A program made the position numbers and the translations under genes. The notes beneath the pieces are model-generated. The model was not told the origin of the DNA and ran no database searches. It saw only the letters and a program-made list of their open reading frames with translations. Positions 17,896 through 26,546 of a stretch of DNA of 64,000 nt are shown here, piece by piece. Source of the stretch: a virus; the IMG/VR virus record IMGVR_UViG_3300037483_000793, positions 96,001 through 160,000 of that record; one strand, given 5' to 3'. Positions within the stretch are counted from its first letter, which is position 1. Every line of letters starts with the position of its first letter.

Positions 17896-18126
17896 CTAGA
17901 GGGCGTCGGCGGTCGGCAGGCCGAGACCGCGCCGCATAACGTCACGCGCCGCCGACGAGATGTTGGGCTTGCGCTCGTCGTCCCGGCGGATGCCTTCGAG
18001 CTTGCGCGCGTAGGCTTCGAGGCGGTCGTGCAGTGTATCGTCGACGACAACGTGCAGATGACGAACGTGATCGCTGGCGCGACTGGTGGACCGCTTGGGA
18101 CGTTTTGGCTTCACGCGTGACATCAT
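17896..18126 (-). CDS. ribbon-helix-helix (CopG/Arc-like) DNA-binding protein
   Basis: HLHVVVDDTLHDRLEAYA...NISSAARDVMRRGL; true start may be GTG 18114. Confidence 0.65.
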   Translation of the reverse strand: MMSRVKPKRPKRSTSRASDHVRHLHVVVDDTLHDRLEAYARKLEGIRRDDERKPNISSAARDVMRRGLGLPTADAL

Positions 18127-18147
18127 ACTCGCGCTTTGCGCGCGAGG

Positions 18148-18879
18148 CTAGTGTCGCTTGAGCAGGACCGCTGTGACCAGGCCGAGCACGACTGCGCTGC
18201 CAGTCGCAGCAGCGATCACGATCTTCGTCTTGCGTGACATCGGGGGCTTCGAGACGGCAATCGGCCTTGGCGCAACCGGCGTCACGTCGCCCGACTTGAG
18301 CGCGGTGATCATGTTCTCGATCGCCGCTTTGACGTCGTCGAGTGTCCCGAGCGTCGCGATCGCGATCGTCGGGTCCATCATGCGCGCGTTGTTGATGCGC
18401 GCGGTTACGTCGCTGTTGGGGACCTGTGCCGCGACCGTGCCACCTGCTGCGGCAGTTGCCTGCTGCAGCAGCGCCATCGTCCCGCCGTGGACGACCCACA
18501 ACCGGTTGTTGAAGTCGCTGTACGCGCCGGTCGAAGTGCCGACGTCGAACACGACATCAAAGCTGTGGAACGTGGTCACCATCCCAAGGAAGCGCTCGAA
18601 CACCGCGATCGCATCCTCGGCAGACATGCCTGCAGCACCGAATCCGGGCTGCATGTACATGTTCGGATCGTACATGTAGTGGTACCGCGACGTCTCCGCG
18701 TCGGGGTAGTGCTTGCCGATCACGCCCGAGTAGATGCGGCTCTGATCATAGCGCGCCGCGTGCACGGGAAACTCGGCGGCGTAGAAGTCGGGGAAGCCGT
18801 AGCGGTACGGACCCTTTCCCCACTTCGTGACCAGCTCGTTGGCGCTCTCGCCGAAGGCGCCGTAGTGCGCGATCAGCAC
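18148..18879 (-). CDS. C-terminally membrane-anchored putative virion protein
   Basis: N-terminal MLIAHYGAFG; TM IVIAAATGSAVVLGLVTAVLL + KRH. Confidence 0.75.
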   Translation of the reverse strand: MLIAHYGAFGESANELVTKWGKGPYRYGFPDFYAAEFPVHAARYDQSRIYSGVIGKHYPDAETSRYHYMYDPNMYMQPGFGAAGMSAEDAIAVFERFLGMVTTFHSFDVVFDVGTSTGAYSDFNNRLWVVHGGTMALLQQATAAAGGTVAAQVPNSDVTARINNARMMDPTIAIATLGTLDDVKAAIENMITALKSGDVTPVAPRPIAVSKPPMSRKTKIVIAAATGSAVVLGLVTAVLLKRH

Positions 18880-18882
18880 GGG

Positions 18883-19755
18883 TTACCGGCTCCGCGAACG
18901 GCGCCGACCGAGTGCGGGCGACGTGTAGAGGAAGCCGGGCTTGTGCTTGCCCGCCGCGACCGCACCGACGGTGGTGAGGCCGACCATCGCAGCGGCGCCC
19001 ATGACGATTGGCGCCCACTTGCTGCGCTGTTCGCCTGCCTTGGGCACGACGAACGGAATCGTCGAGACGTCGAGCTGCGTCTGGATCGGAACGTTGCCGC
19101 GCTCGTTGAATTGCGACAACAGCGCCGGGAAGTGATCAGCGACGTCGTTGAGGTAGTCGGCGATCTCCGTCGAATACTTGGCGTAGATGTCCGTGCGTGT
19201 CGGCGACACGAATGCGAGGGCGATGCCCGGGTTCGGGAACTTCTTGAGCATGCCCGCGAGTGTCAGCGCGAGTACCGTGAACTGCATCGTCGAAGCACCG
19301 ACCACACCGTCGTAGCCGCTCTGCGCGCCAACTGGGCTCATGAGGTTCGAGGGCACCGTGAAGATCTGCTCGGATGTCGATCCGTCGCCGGACGGCATCT
19401 GACCTTTCATCTGCCGCCCCGCGAGACCGTTGGTCGGGATGAGGTCGATCACGCGGTCGGCAGCGCGCTGCATGTTGCGAATCGGTGCCTTGCCGCTCTC
19501 GCCAGCCTTGTTGAGCACACACTGCGGACGGTTCGCGTTGTCCTTGGTGCAGTACACGAGCCCGTCATCGGACTTGTACGTGGTGCCCGCACCAGCTGCC
19601 TGGAACACGGAAAAGTCCGATACTGCTGCGCCAAAACCGTAGCCGGTGTTGACCCCGCCGCGCATGCGGGCACGGTCCTGCGCGACCTGGATAAGAACAA
19701 GCGCGGAGGGCGCTTGCGACTGCCCAAATCCGTTGCCGTAGGAGCTGACGATCAT
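18883..19755 (-). CDS. C-terminally anchored putative virion protein with PG-binding-like motif
   Basis: MIVSSYGNGFG leader; YDGVVGAST; TM; tail LGRRRSRSR. Confidence 0.75.
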   Translation of the reverse strand: MIVSSYGNGFGQSQAPSALVLIQVAQDRARMRGGVNTGYGFGAAVSDFSVFQAAGAGTTYKSDDGLVYCTKDNANRPQCVLNKAGESGKAPIRNMQRAADRVIDLIPTNGLAGRQMKGQMPSGDGSTSEQIFTVPSNLMSPVGAQSGYDGVVGASTMQFTVLALTLAGMLKKFPNPGIALAFVSPTRTDIYAKYSTEIADYLNDVADHFPALLSQFNERGNVPIQTQLDVSTIPFVVPKAGEQRSKWAPIVMGAAAMVGLTTVGAVAAGKHKPGFLYTSPALGRRRSRSR

Positions 19756-19795
19756 GTGGTTAGCCTACCACAGAAGCGATCCCAGCAGCGATCGA

Positions 19796-20500
19796 CTACC
19801 GGCGCCGACGACGGCGCGCGAGGTTCGACTTCGACTTCGCTTTCTTGGGCGCGGGCTCACGCAGCACGGCATAACCGACGGCACCGACGACGACGACACC
19901 GGCAACGCCAGCGGTGACCCAGACCCACGTCGGGACCTTGCCCGATGTCGCGATCGGCATGAGCGACGCCGCGGCTGGGTTTGCGCCCGGCATCATGGTG
20001 GGCTGGATCGCTGCGGTCGTCGTTCCTCGTGGCGCCGTCACCATCAGCGACGGTGAAAGCGAAACCGACGTAGGCGGCGTGACGACGGCAATCGGCGTGC
20101 TGGACGGAACCGGCGTCGGCGTCGAGGTCGCAACAGGGAACTGCGATCGCGGCGCGGTCACACCGCCGAGAAACGCTTGCAGCCCGTCCTGAAGGATCTG
20201 TGCGTTCGATGCGATTGCCTCCTTCGTCGAGCCCGGTGACGCGAGCAGCGCTGCCGCCGCGGCCGCGCGTGCGGCCGTGACTGTCTGCGCCCCGATGAAG
20301 CCGTCGACGGTGAGCTGCCCCGTGTACGCAGACAGCCCGAGCTTGGCGTACTGGTTCAGCGTGCCCTGCAGCTGCTGAAGCAGCGCGTGGTTTGCTGCGC
20401 CGATCGCGTAGCAGATGCTGCTGTTGCAGTTGAAGTCGGTGCCTTGCGAGAGCACGCGAGCGGCGCCAAACGCGCCACTGATCGTTGTCGTGAACAGCAC
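19796..20500 (-). CDS. C-terminally anchored protein with PG_binding_1-like domain
   Basis: LQQLQGTLN...VDGFIGAQTVTA; Pro/Thr stalk; TM; RRRRRR tail. Confidence 0.8.
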   Translation of the reverse strand: MLFTTTISGAFGAARVLSQGTDFNCNSSICYAIGAANHALLQQLQGTLNQYAKLGLSAYTGQLTVDGFIGAQTVTAARAAAAAALLASPGSTKEAIASNAQILQDGLQAFLGGVTAPRSQFPVATSTPTPVPSSTPIAVVTPPTSVSLSPSLMVTAPRGTTTAAIQPTMMPGANPAAASLMPIATSGKVPTWVWVTAGVAGVVVVGAVGYAVLREPAPKKAKSKSNLARRRRRR

Positions 20501-20503
20501 GGG

Positions 20504-21082
20504 CTAACCCCGTGCCTTGCGACGGTAGACGACGTAGCCGACGCCGCCGACACCGAGCACGGCCACGACGCCGCCAAGGATCCACCACAGCGTCTTGGAC
20601 TTGACCTTCGGCAGCGCCGCGGCAGCAGGTGACATGCCCGGGATCTGCACAGGTCCGATCGTGGTCGTCTGGTGCACGACTGGCGGCGGCTGGTACGCGA
20701 CAGCAGTACCGGACGGCGACGGCCGCATGCCTCCAGCCTGTTGTACGACGGCGAGGTTCTGAAGCAGGTCGATCAGCATGCCCGCGTTTGCGGCGACGGC
20801 TTCTTTCGTCGATGGCGCCGTCGCGAGACCCAGCCTCTTGATCGCTTGCAGCGCCGTTACCGTAGCGGCGCCGATGAAGCCATCGACGGTGAGCGGCTTG
20901 AAGCCTGCAGCACCGGAGAAGACGTTCGTCTTCATCTGCAGCTGCTTGAACAACGCGTCGTTCGTCGGGCCGATCGCGTAGCAGATGGCGTTGTTGCAGT
21001 TGAAGTCCTTGCCCTGTGTCAGCCCGGCGGCGCTGAAGCCGTAGCCGAAGCCGTTACCGCCGCTGTGAGCCTGAATAAGCAT
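20504..21082 (-). CDS. C-terminally anchored protein with PG_binding_1-like domain (paralog of 19796-20500)
   Basis: QGKDFNCNNAICYAIG vs QGTDFNCNSSICYAIG; VDGFIGAATVTAL; TM + RRKARG. Confidence 0.8.
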   Translation of the reverse strand: MLIQAHSGGNGFGYGFSAAGLTQGKDFNCNNAICYAIGPTNDALFKQLQMKTNVFSGAAGFKPLTVDGFIGAATVTALQAIKRLGLATAPSTKEAVAANAGMLIDLLQNLAVVQQAGGMRPSPSGTAVAYQPPPVVHQTTTIGPVQIPGMSPAAAALPKVKSKTLWWILGGVVAVLGVGGVGYVVYRRKARG

Positions 21083-21130
21083 GGATTCTCCTGTCCAAAC
21101 ATGTATCACGCGAGGTCCGGGACGGGCAAC

Positions 21131-21146
21131 GATCGCGCACGCGATC
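21131..21146. promoter_or_regulatory. GATCGC-N4-GCGATC palindrome
   Basis: GATCGCGCACGCGATC, divergent intergenic region. Confidence 0.85.
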
Positions 21147-21182
21147 GGCCTGCCAAACGCCTGTCAGGCCCTCCGAAACCTC

Positions 21183-21198
21183 GATCGCGTCGGCGATC
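21183..21198. promoter_or_regulatory. GATCGC-N4-GCGATC palindrome
   Basis: GATCGCGTCGGCGATC just upstream of the thioredoxin gene. Confidence 0.8.
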
Positions 21199-21207
21199 CA
21201 GAGTAGG

Positions 21208-21540
21208 ATGAACGTCAACGTCGTGAACCCCGCCGCCAACGCCCGCACCATCGTCGTGCTGTTCACGATCCCCGGATGTGAAGCGTGCGCGGAGTACAAG
21301 CCGCGCTTTCAGCGCATCGCGCAGCAGTATCAAAACGTCGTGCCCATCTACATGCTCAACGCTAACGACACGCGACCGGACGTCGCGGACCTTGCAAGTC
21401 GTTTGCATGTTGCGAACGTACCTGCGACGTTCGTGTTGCGGCGACCGACCGGCGTGATCCGCGTCGAAGGTGCTATCCCTGATTCTCAAATCGCGTGGCT
21501 GCTTGGTGTCGCTGCGCGCGAAGTGTCGAACCCTTACTAG
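21208..21540 (+). CDS. thioredoxin-like protein
   Basis: VVLFTIPGCEAC (CxxC), downstream VPATFVL (cis-Pro loop). Confidence 0.85.
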   Translation: MNVNVVNPAANARTIVVLFTIPGCEACAEYKPRFQRIAQQYQNVVPIYMLNANDTRPDVADLASRLHVANVPATFVLRRPTGVIRVEGAIPDSQIAWLLGVAAREVSNPY

Positions 21541-21553
21541 GAGAGAAACGAGA

Positions 21554-21898
21554 ATGATGTACGCAAACCTTCGCGACGCCAGTGGCAACATGGTCGGCTC
21601 CGTCGCAGTCGATCCCACGCAGGCAGGTGGCCTGCAAGGCGCTCTCAGCGACGCGATGCAGAAGCTGCAGCACGCGCAAGGCCAAGGCGTGCCGCACCAG
21701 GCACGTCCACTGCCGCCCGGTTACCTACCGCCGGGTGCGGGCCAGTCACAGCCGTACTCGCAGTCGCGGCCGTTTGTCTGCCAGATGCGTTACCAGACGC
21801 GCGCGCCGAACGGCCAGGTCGTGTGGGCGACGCAGTCGATCACGTGCCCGCCGGGGATGCCGCCGGGCATCTACATCCACTCGCCCGGCCACCGCTAG
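21554..21898 (+). CDS. Gln/Pro-rich hypothetical protein
   Basis: AGGAG RBS; low-complexity middle; one Cys pair. Confidence 0.65.
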   Translation: MMYANLRDASGNMVGSVAVDPTQAGGLQGALSDAMQKLQHAQGQGVPHQARPLPPGYLPPGAGQSQPYSQSRPFVCQMRYQTRAPNGQVVWATQSITCPPGMPPGIYIHSPGHR

Positions 21899-22200
21899 TT
21901 CTTGGCGGTGGCGGCGGTTCCGCTGCGCGTGTCGGGGAACTTCTTCGACGCGTAGTGGATCGTGGTGTAAAACGTCGCGCACGTGATGACGTCGATCGCG
22001 ACCATCGTTGCGATCGGCCACGACAGCGGCAACGTGGTGGTCAAGTACACCGGCACGTAGATCGCGCGTGTGATCATCACGCAGATGGCGAGGCTGATCG
22101 GGTTACCGCGCGCACGCCACGAGCGGAAGAACCGTAGCAGAACGGGGATCCAGGCCAGAGCGACGACGAGCGTCGCGATGGGTACAGCTTCCTGGTTCAC
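21895..22200 (-). CDS. small multi-pass membrane protein
   Basis: Three hydrophobic segments. Confidence 0.65.
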   Translation of the reverse strand: MNQEAVPIATLVVALAWIPVLLRFFRSWRARGNPISLAICVMITRAIYVPVYLTTTLPLSWPIATMVAIDVITCATFYTTIHYASKKFPDTRSGTAATAKN

Positions 22201-22206
22201 GTTGGT

Positions 22207-22434
22207 TCACGACTTGACGTGCAGGCCAGCGCCGTTGAGGGTGTGCTTGAGGTCGGTGCTGGCCCGACCGAAGCGTTGTACGTGACGCCGCTGGGCGACT
22301 TCAGCCGCCGCGTGGATCTGTTGATCCACTTCGGCTGCAGCGTGCCTGACGGTGCGCCGTGTGCGCCGCTGCCACAGTCCGAGACCGACGACGAGCACGA
22401 TGAAGATCAGAACCGATGTTACGAAGGACCACAT
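22207..22434 (-). CDS. small single-TM protein
   Basis: N-terminal TM followed by RRTRR. Confidence 0.65.
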   Translation of the reverse strand: MWSFVTSVLIFIVLVVGLGLWQRRTRRTVRHAAAEVDQQIHAAAEVAQRRHVQRFGRASTDLKHTLNGAGLHVKS

Positions 22435-22435
22435 G

Positions 22436-22642
22436 TCATTTTCCTTCTTCAGGAGCTGTGCCAGCAGCGAGCGTCACAGCTTCGGGAACATCGAGTGTCT
22501 TCAAGATCACCGCGTTGACGATGGTGAGCTTTTGGATGAGGAGACGAATTTCTCGCAGCTCACGCGTGACGCTCATCATGAGCCACAGCGCAAAGCCGAC
22601 GGGAAATCCCCACCGCTCGATGATGGTTTGGAAGAGATCCAC
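22436..22642 (-). CDS. YvrJ/BhlA-like small membrane protein (holin-like)
   Basis: IIERWGFPVGFALWLM followed by an amphipathic helix. Confidence 0.55.
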   Translation of the reverse strand: MDLFQTIIERWGFPVGFALWLMMSVTRELREIRLLIQKLTIVNAVILKTLDVPEAVTLAAGTAPEEGK

Positions 22643-22658
22643 GAGTAGTTAGTCGTGG

Positions 22659-22943
22659 TTACATCCGAGCGGCGACGCACTTGCGGAACGCCTTGGCACT
22701 CTTGCCCTTGCAGGCACGTGCAGCGGCGGCGAGCTTGCGCTTGTACGGCGCGAGGTGGCGCGTCGATGGCGCGCGACGCGGCGAGCAGCCCGGCCCGGTC
22801 TTGCCCTTGAACGAGATGACCTTGCCACGCTTGGTCTTGAAACGGACGATGCCGCTCCGGCAGCTGGCGCCGCGCGCGCGGCTCCGCTTCTTGCTGCGCT
22901 TCTTCCGTGCACCGAGGGCCTCGAACGTGTTGATACCGAACAT
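22659..22943 (-). CDS. highly basic putative DNA-condensing core protein
   Basis: Very Lys/Arg-rich, four Cys, CAGGAG RBS. Confidence 0.7.
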   Translation of the reverse strand: MFGINTFEALGARKKRSKKRSRARGASCRSGIVRFKTKRGKVISFKGKTGPGCSPRRAPSTRHLAPYKRKLAAAARACKGKSAKAFRKCVAARM

Positions 22944-22971
22944 GCTGCTCTCCTGAAGGTTGTGCGCTGCC

Positions 22972-23127
22972 TTAGCGCTTGACGAACGGGTTCGGACGCT
23001 GCACCGGACGCTGCACCGGACGCTGCACGGGCCGCGCGGGTTGCGCAGGCATCGTACGAACGCAGCAATCCTTGCCGGACTGCGGAGCTTGCCGAACAGG
23101 AGCTTTGGGGCTACGGCGACCGAACAT
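22972..23127 (-). CDS. 51-aa Pro/Gln/Arg-rich protein with 3x VQRP (not in ORF track)
   Basis: Own translation MFGRRSPKAPVRQAPQSGKDCCVRTMPAQPARPVQRPVQRPVQRPNPFVKR; ATG 7 nt after TAGGAT. Confidence 0.65.
   Translation of the reverse strand: MFGRRSPKAPVRQAPQSGKDCCVRTMPAQPARPVQRPVQRPVQRPNPFVKR
22994..23029. repeat. 3 x 12-bp tandem repeat GGACGCTGCACC
   Basis: Direct reading; encodes the VQRP repeats on the minus strand. Confidence 0.9.
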
Positions 23128-23155
23128 GGCGTTCATCCTACCAGAACATTCGGTC

Positions 23156-23171
23156 GATCGCGCAAGCGATC
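23156..23171. promoter_or_regulatory. GATCGC-N4-GCGATC palindrome
   Basis: GATCGCGCAAGCGATC between divergent genes. Confidence 0.85.
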
Positions 23172-23249
23172 GGGTACGCCAACGTGGGCGATCCCTTCAG
23201 GGACTGTTTGACCCGTACTGGCGCTACCCGTACATTCGAGCCCAGCGCC

Positions 23250-24257
23250 ATGACTCAGATCAATCCCCGTTCGTTCGCGGACGCCAAACAGCTCGGCGAT
23301 TCCACCTATGAACTGATCCTGACGAACTGGGGCAACTTCGGCAGTGCGCGCGATCCGAACAACGCCTCCGAGCAGTATCCGCCGATCAAGAGCACTCCGG
23401 CGCCGACACCGCCGGGACCGCTCGCGTTGCCGAACGGCGCAATTCCGATCGTCGGCGAGTGGCTACTGCCGCCGCTTCCCAGCGTCTTCGCGATCGCGAT
23501 TGCACCGCGCAGCGATCTCGATCGTTGCATCTTGAACTTTCCAGCGCTGCCGCAATTTCCAGCGGTCGACACACCAGAGCCGTACGGGCCACGCGGGCTC
23601 ACCGGCAAGAGCATTACGATCGCTGAAGGTTTCGTAAACTACGGCGGCATCCTGGAGACCGAACAGTTTCTGAGCGTGAATGCGCCGTTGATCGGTCAAA
23701 TCAACGGGCCGATCCTCGTTCGTGCTCACACGTTCGCGTGGTTCAAGGACGGTTACACACCGCTCGATCCAGCTGGGACGCAGCGCTTCGGTACTGCCCT
23801 CAACGAACCGTTCAGTACGTCAGGTGTGATCAGCAATTTTCAGGTGCCCGAGCTGCGCCTCTTGCTGTACTTGACCAGCAAGAGCGGGCTGCCGCCACAG
23901 AAGCGTGCGCCACTCCATCGCACCTTCAACATAACGCCAATCTACCCGGCAGCGGGTATCGTCGGCCCGTGGGTCGTACCGATCATGGGACGGCGTCATG
24001 TCGTGATCTCGGCGCGTAGCACCAGCGCCGGACCCGTCACGGTGAACGCAGGCGGTGTCATGAATAGCGAGTTCACCAACTTCGGAAGCACGGCAGACTT
24101 CTCGATGGATGAAGTGCCGCTCGGAACGGTCACGATCGCTGCAAACGGGGGCGGGGTCATCACCATCGACAACCCGGGTTGTCCGTTCCTGACGGTGCAG
24201 GCATCCGGCGGCGGCCTCTTCGATTTCATGACCGTCAACGTCGACGCATTCGACTAA
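23250..24257 (+). CDS. putative structural protein (beta-rich; vertex/penton candidate)
   Basis: 335 aa, alternating beta-strand pattern, located in the structural region. Confidence 0.65.
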   Translation: MTQINPRSFADAKQLGDSTYELILTNWGNFGSARDPNNASEQYPPIKSTPAPTPPGPLALPNGAIPIVGEWLLPPLPSVFAIAIAPRSDLDRCILNFPALPQFPAVDTPEPYGPRGLTGKSITIAEGFVNYGGILETEQFLSVNAPLIGQINGPILVRAHTFAWFKDGYTPLDPAGTQRFGTALNEPFSTSGVISNFQVPELRLLLYLTSKSGLPPQKRAPLHRTFNITPIYPAAGIVGPWVVPIMGRRHVVISARSTSAGPVTVNAGGVMNSEFTNFGSTADFSMDEVPLGTVTIAANGGGVITIDNPGCPFLTVQASGGGLFDFMTVNVDAFD

Positions 24258-24691
24258 AAGCAAAGCCCGTACGCGTTCCGGCCGGGTGGCGCCGGGCTCA
24301 CCTCGCAGTGGTGGTTAACGCTCGTCGCGCAGTCTGCATCGGTCACGCAGTACGGTTGACACTGTCCGTAAAAGCACATCGTGCCTGCCACGCAGTCGGT
24401 GTTGTTGAGACAAAACGAGTACACCTGACCTGTCCCGGCCGGTTCACAGGACGTGCTGGTGCTGCTGTTCGTGTAGCAGGCCTGCGTCGCGCCGCAGTCC
24501 TGCGCGATTGGGTCACAGCACGTGTCACACGGCGCGTATGAGATCGGCGGGCCGTCGATGCTACCGTCACCGAGTGCGTTGCCGTCGCCGTCGCTGTTAC
24601 CGGCGTCAATGACGTCGTCGTCGTCGCCTGTTCCTGTACTACCGCAACCACACCACGCGACGACTGCCGCGACCCAAATCATGTTTCGCAT
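24254..24691 (-). CDS. myxobacterial-type Cys-rich lipoprotein
   Basis: Short signal peptide ending AWCGC, Asp/Gly linker (DAG, DG repeats), C-terminal CxxDADC-type repeats. Confidence 0.75.
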   Translation of the reverse strand: MRNMIWVAAVVAWCGCGSTGTGDDDDVIDAGNSDGDGNALGDGSIDGPPISYAPCDTCCDPIAQDCGATQACYTNSSTSTSCEPAGTGQVYSFCLNNTDCVAGTMCFYGQCQPYCVTDADCATSVNHHCEVSPAPPGRNAYGLCF

Positions 24692-24774
24692 GTTTCTCTC
24701 GACTTGTTGTACTGCAGAGAGACGCGCGAACCGGCTGAATGTTCACGCAGCAATTTCGCTGCGACTTCAACTTG

Positions 24775-25125
24775 TTACAGGTCCGACGACGACAGGATGT
24801 ACCAGGCGACGCCGTCCGAAACTACGTGCATGACGTCGTACTGGTCGGGTAGTGACTGCGTCGGCGCGCCGTCGATCGTGTCGACGCCTGTCGGGTTGAT
24901 CGTCACGGCGAAGGCAGCACTGATGTTCTTGATCCAGTACGCCTTGCCCTTGTTGTCGGCCGCGAGTGGCAGTGTCACCGTGGCGAGCGCATTGACGAGA
25001 ATGACACTGGCGGGTGCATCGACACCGGCAGCGAACGCAGCGGTCACCGTGATGACGCCGTAGTGCAAGTACGGTGCGTTCATCAGCGGATAGCGGTCGT
25101 CCCAGGTCTCCTGATTTTTGCTCAT
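24775..25125 (-). CDS. fibre/spike-type module protein
   Basis: TVTLPLA...G..YWIKN...VTI.P.G.DTIDG...L..QY....VSDG..W pattern typical of virion fibre domains. Confidence 0.7.
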   Translation of the reverse strand: MSKNQETWDDRYPLMNAPYLHYGVITVTAAFAAGVDAPASVILVNALATVTLPLAADNKGKAYWIKNISAAFAVTINPTGVDTIDGAPTQSLPDQYDVMHVVSDGVAWYILSSSDL

Positions 25126-25136
25126 GGCGGTCTCCT

Positions 25137-25439
25137 TTACGGAACGGGCAGTGCCTCGGAAGCCGAGACGGAAAGTAGACCGCTGACCGCCGCGCCGACG
25201 GCGTAGAGGCCCTGCTTCGGTGCGAGCACGAACGCGTGCTGTTCGCCGGGAAACACACGGTACGACGCGGTTGTCGGCGCAGGGAACAGATCGGTCGTCG
25301 TCAAGCTGACGAAGATCAGCACAGGGCCGACGTTGTTGACGAGAACACGCAACGGCTTGGTGCTGGCCGCTTTCGCGATCGTCGTCGGCTGCGTGCCGAC
25401 GGCTTGGACGGTGTACGTCTCGAAGTTTGTGTTCTGCAT
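25137..25439 (-). CDS. small beta-sandwich (jelly-roll-like) structural protein
   Basis: 100 aa, beta-rich; LAPKQGLYAVG matches MNPKQVLYAKG of 26547-27446. Confidence 0.65.
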   Translation of the reverse strand: MQNTNFETYTVQAVGTQPTTIAKAASTKPLRVLVNNVGPVLIFVSLTTTDLFPAPTTASYRVFPGEQHAFVLAPKQGLYAVGAAVSGLLSVSASEALPVP

Positions 25440-25456
25440 CGCGAACAGCTACCGCG

Positions 25457-25993
25457 TTAGCGGACCTCGCTCGGGGGGCCGATGATGTCGAGGTAACCCT
25501 GGAAGTTGACCTCGATGCGCACGAACTGCACGTCGACGCGCTCGGGCTCGATGTTGGCGTCAAGGATCACGACCGCCGGGTAATCCTGCGTGTCGATCTG
25601 CACCTGGAAGCCCTCGCTGCGGACGATCGTGTAGGGCTCTTCGAGATCCCACGCGCCTGTGTTCTTCTGCAGCAGCTGGCTGACGAGCGTTGCGCTCTTG
25701 GTCAGGTTCTCGTTCTTCGCGAAATCGAGGATGCGCATACGCACCCGCTTCTCCAGCGTGGTCGGTTGCGGTTCGAGCACCGTTGGCGTTGAAAAGCCGT
25801 CGGGCGTGCCCTTGGCCGTCAGGCCGATCCGGACGCGGTGGATCTCGAACGGCTTGTCGACGTTGTGGAGAAACGACGCTTCGGGGAACACGACGCCCGA
25901 CAGGTTCGGACCGACGTCCAGCTCTGCGGCGACGTTGTACGGAATGCGAAACGTGATGTCCTTGCCCGCAAAAGCTACTGGCAGACGGCCCAT
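25457..25993 (-). CDS. putative single jelly-roll capsid protein (minor or second capsid protein)
   Basis: 178 aa, beta-rich, strong codon bias, GAGGAG RBS; ends ...VNFQGYL. Confidence 0.55.
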   Translation of the reverse strand: MGRLPVAFAGKDITFRIPYNVAAELDVGPNLSGVVFPEASFLHNVDKPFEIHRVRIGLTAKGTPDGFSTPTVLEPQPTTLEKRVRMRILDFAKNENLTKSATLVSQLLQKNTGAWDLEEPYTIVRSEGFQVQIDTQDYPAVVILDANIEPERVDVQFVRIEVNFQGYLDIIGPPSEVR

Positions 25994-26114
25994 GGGTGTT
26001 CTCCTCGAAGGTCGATCGCTGCTGCGACTGGTGTAGGGTCACCATCGCGCACGCACTGGATCTCCGCAAGGTTGTTCGCGTTTTTTCAGATACGAGCAGT
26101 GGTAAGTTCTACAA

Positions 26115-26519
26115 GTGCCTCAACGAATCGTGAAGACCGTCCTGCCGGTCGACGGTGTGTTTCGTTTCGAGGCGACGGTACGCGCCGAGGGCAACGCACG
26201 TAGCTTGCGCGTCGCAGTCCCGGCCGCGATCGTGCGCGGGCTCGTGCACGTCGGTTGGACCGGCCGCTGGCTCAGCGTGATGCTCGACGCCGCCCCGTGC
26301 TGCCTGTCCGAAGAACCGCGATTTCGCGTTGCTGTTCGCCCGCATCCGACGAGCGTGATGTTCGCGTTACCGCAGCGTGCCCGTGGCGAGCTACGCGCGG
26401 GTGATCGCGTGGCGTTGACGATCGCGGCTGTCGACGGCCCACGTGCGCCAAGGAGCCGCCGCGTACGCGGCGAGATTCGCCGTGCAAACTCGTCGCTGAC
26501 GCTGCCGTGGCTACGCTGA
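26115..26519 (+). CDS. AbrB-like (swapped hairpin) tandem-domain protein
   Basis: EGNARSLRVAVPAAIVRGL and ...FALPQRARGELRAGDRVALTI. Confidence 0.45.
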   Translation: MPQRIVKTVLPVDGVFRFEATVRAEGNARSLRVAVPAAIVRGLVHVGWTGRWLSVMLDAAPCCLSEEPRFRVAVRPHPTSVMFALPQRARGELRAGDRVALTIAAVDGPRAPRSRRVRGEIRRANSSLTLPWLR

Positions 26520-26546
26520 GGTTGCCGCTCGGGCAGTTCTGTTAGT

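Noticed and set aside
18487-19917. 476-aa plus-strand ORF, and similar long track ORFs (39402-41069, 43626-45395, 34581-35204, 38130-39167, 53009-54139, 61595-62740)
   Set aside because: Antisense shadows of strongly GC3-biased real genes; translations are R/A/V-rich with no motifs or RBS.
22994-23029. 12-bp tandem repeat as iterons or a mini-CRISPR
   Set aside because: No spacers; explained as VQRP coding repeats of the 51-aa minus-strand ORF.
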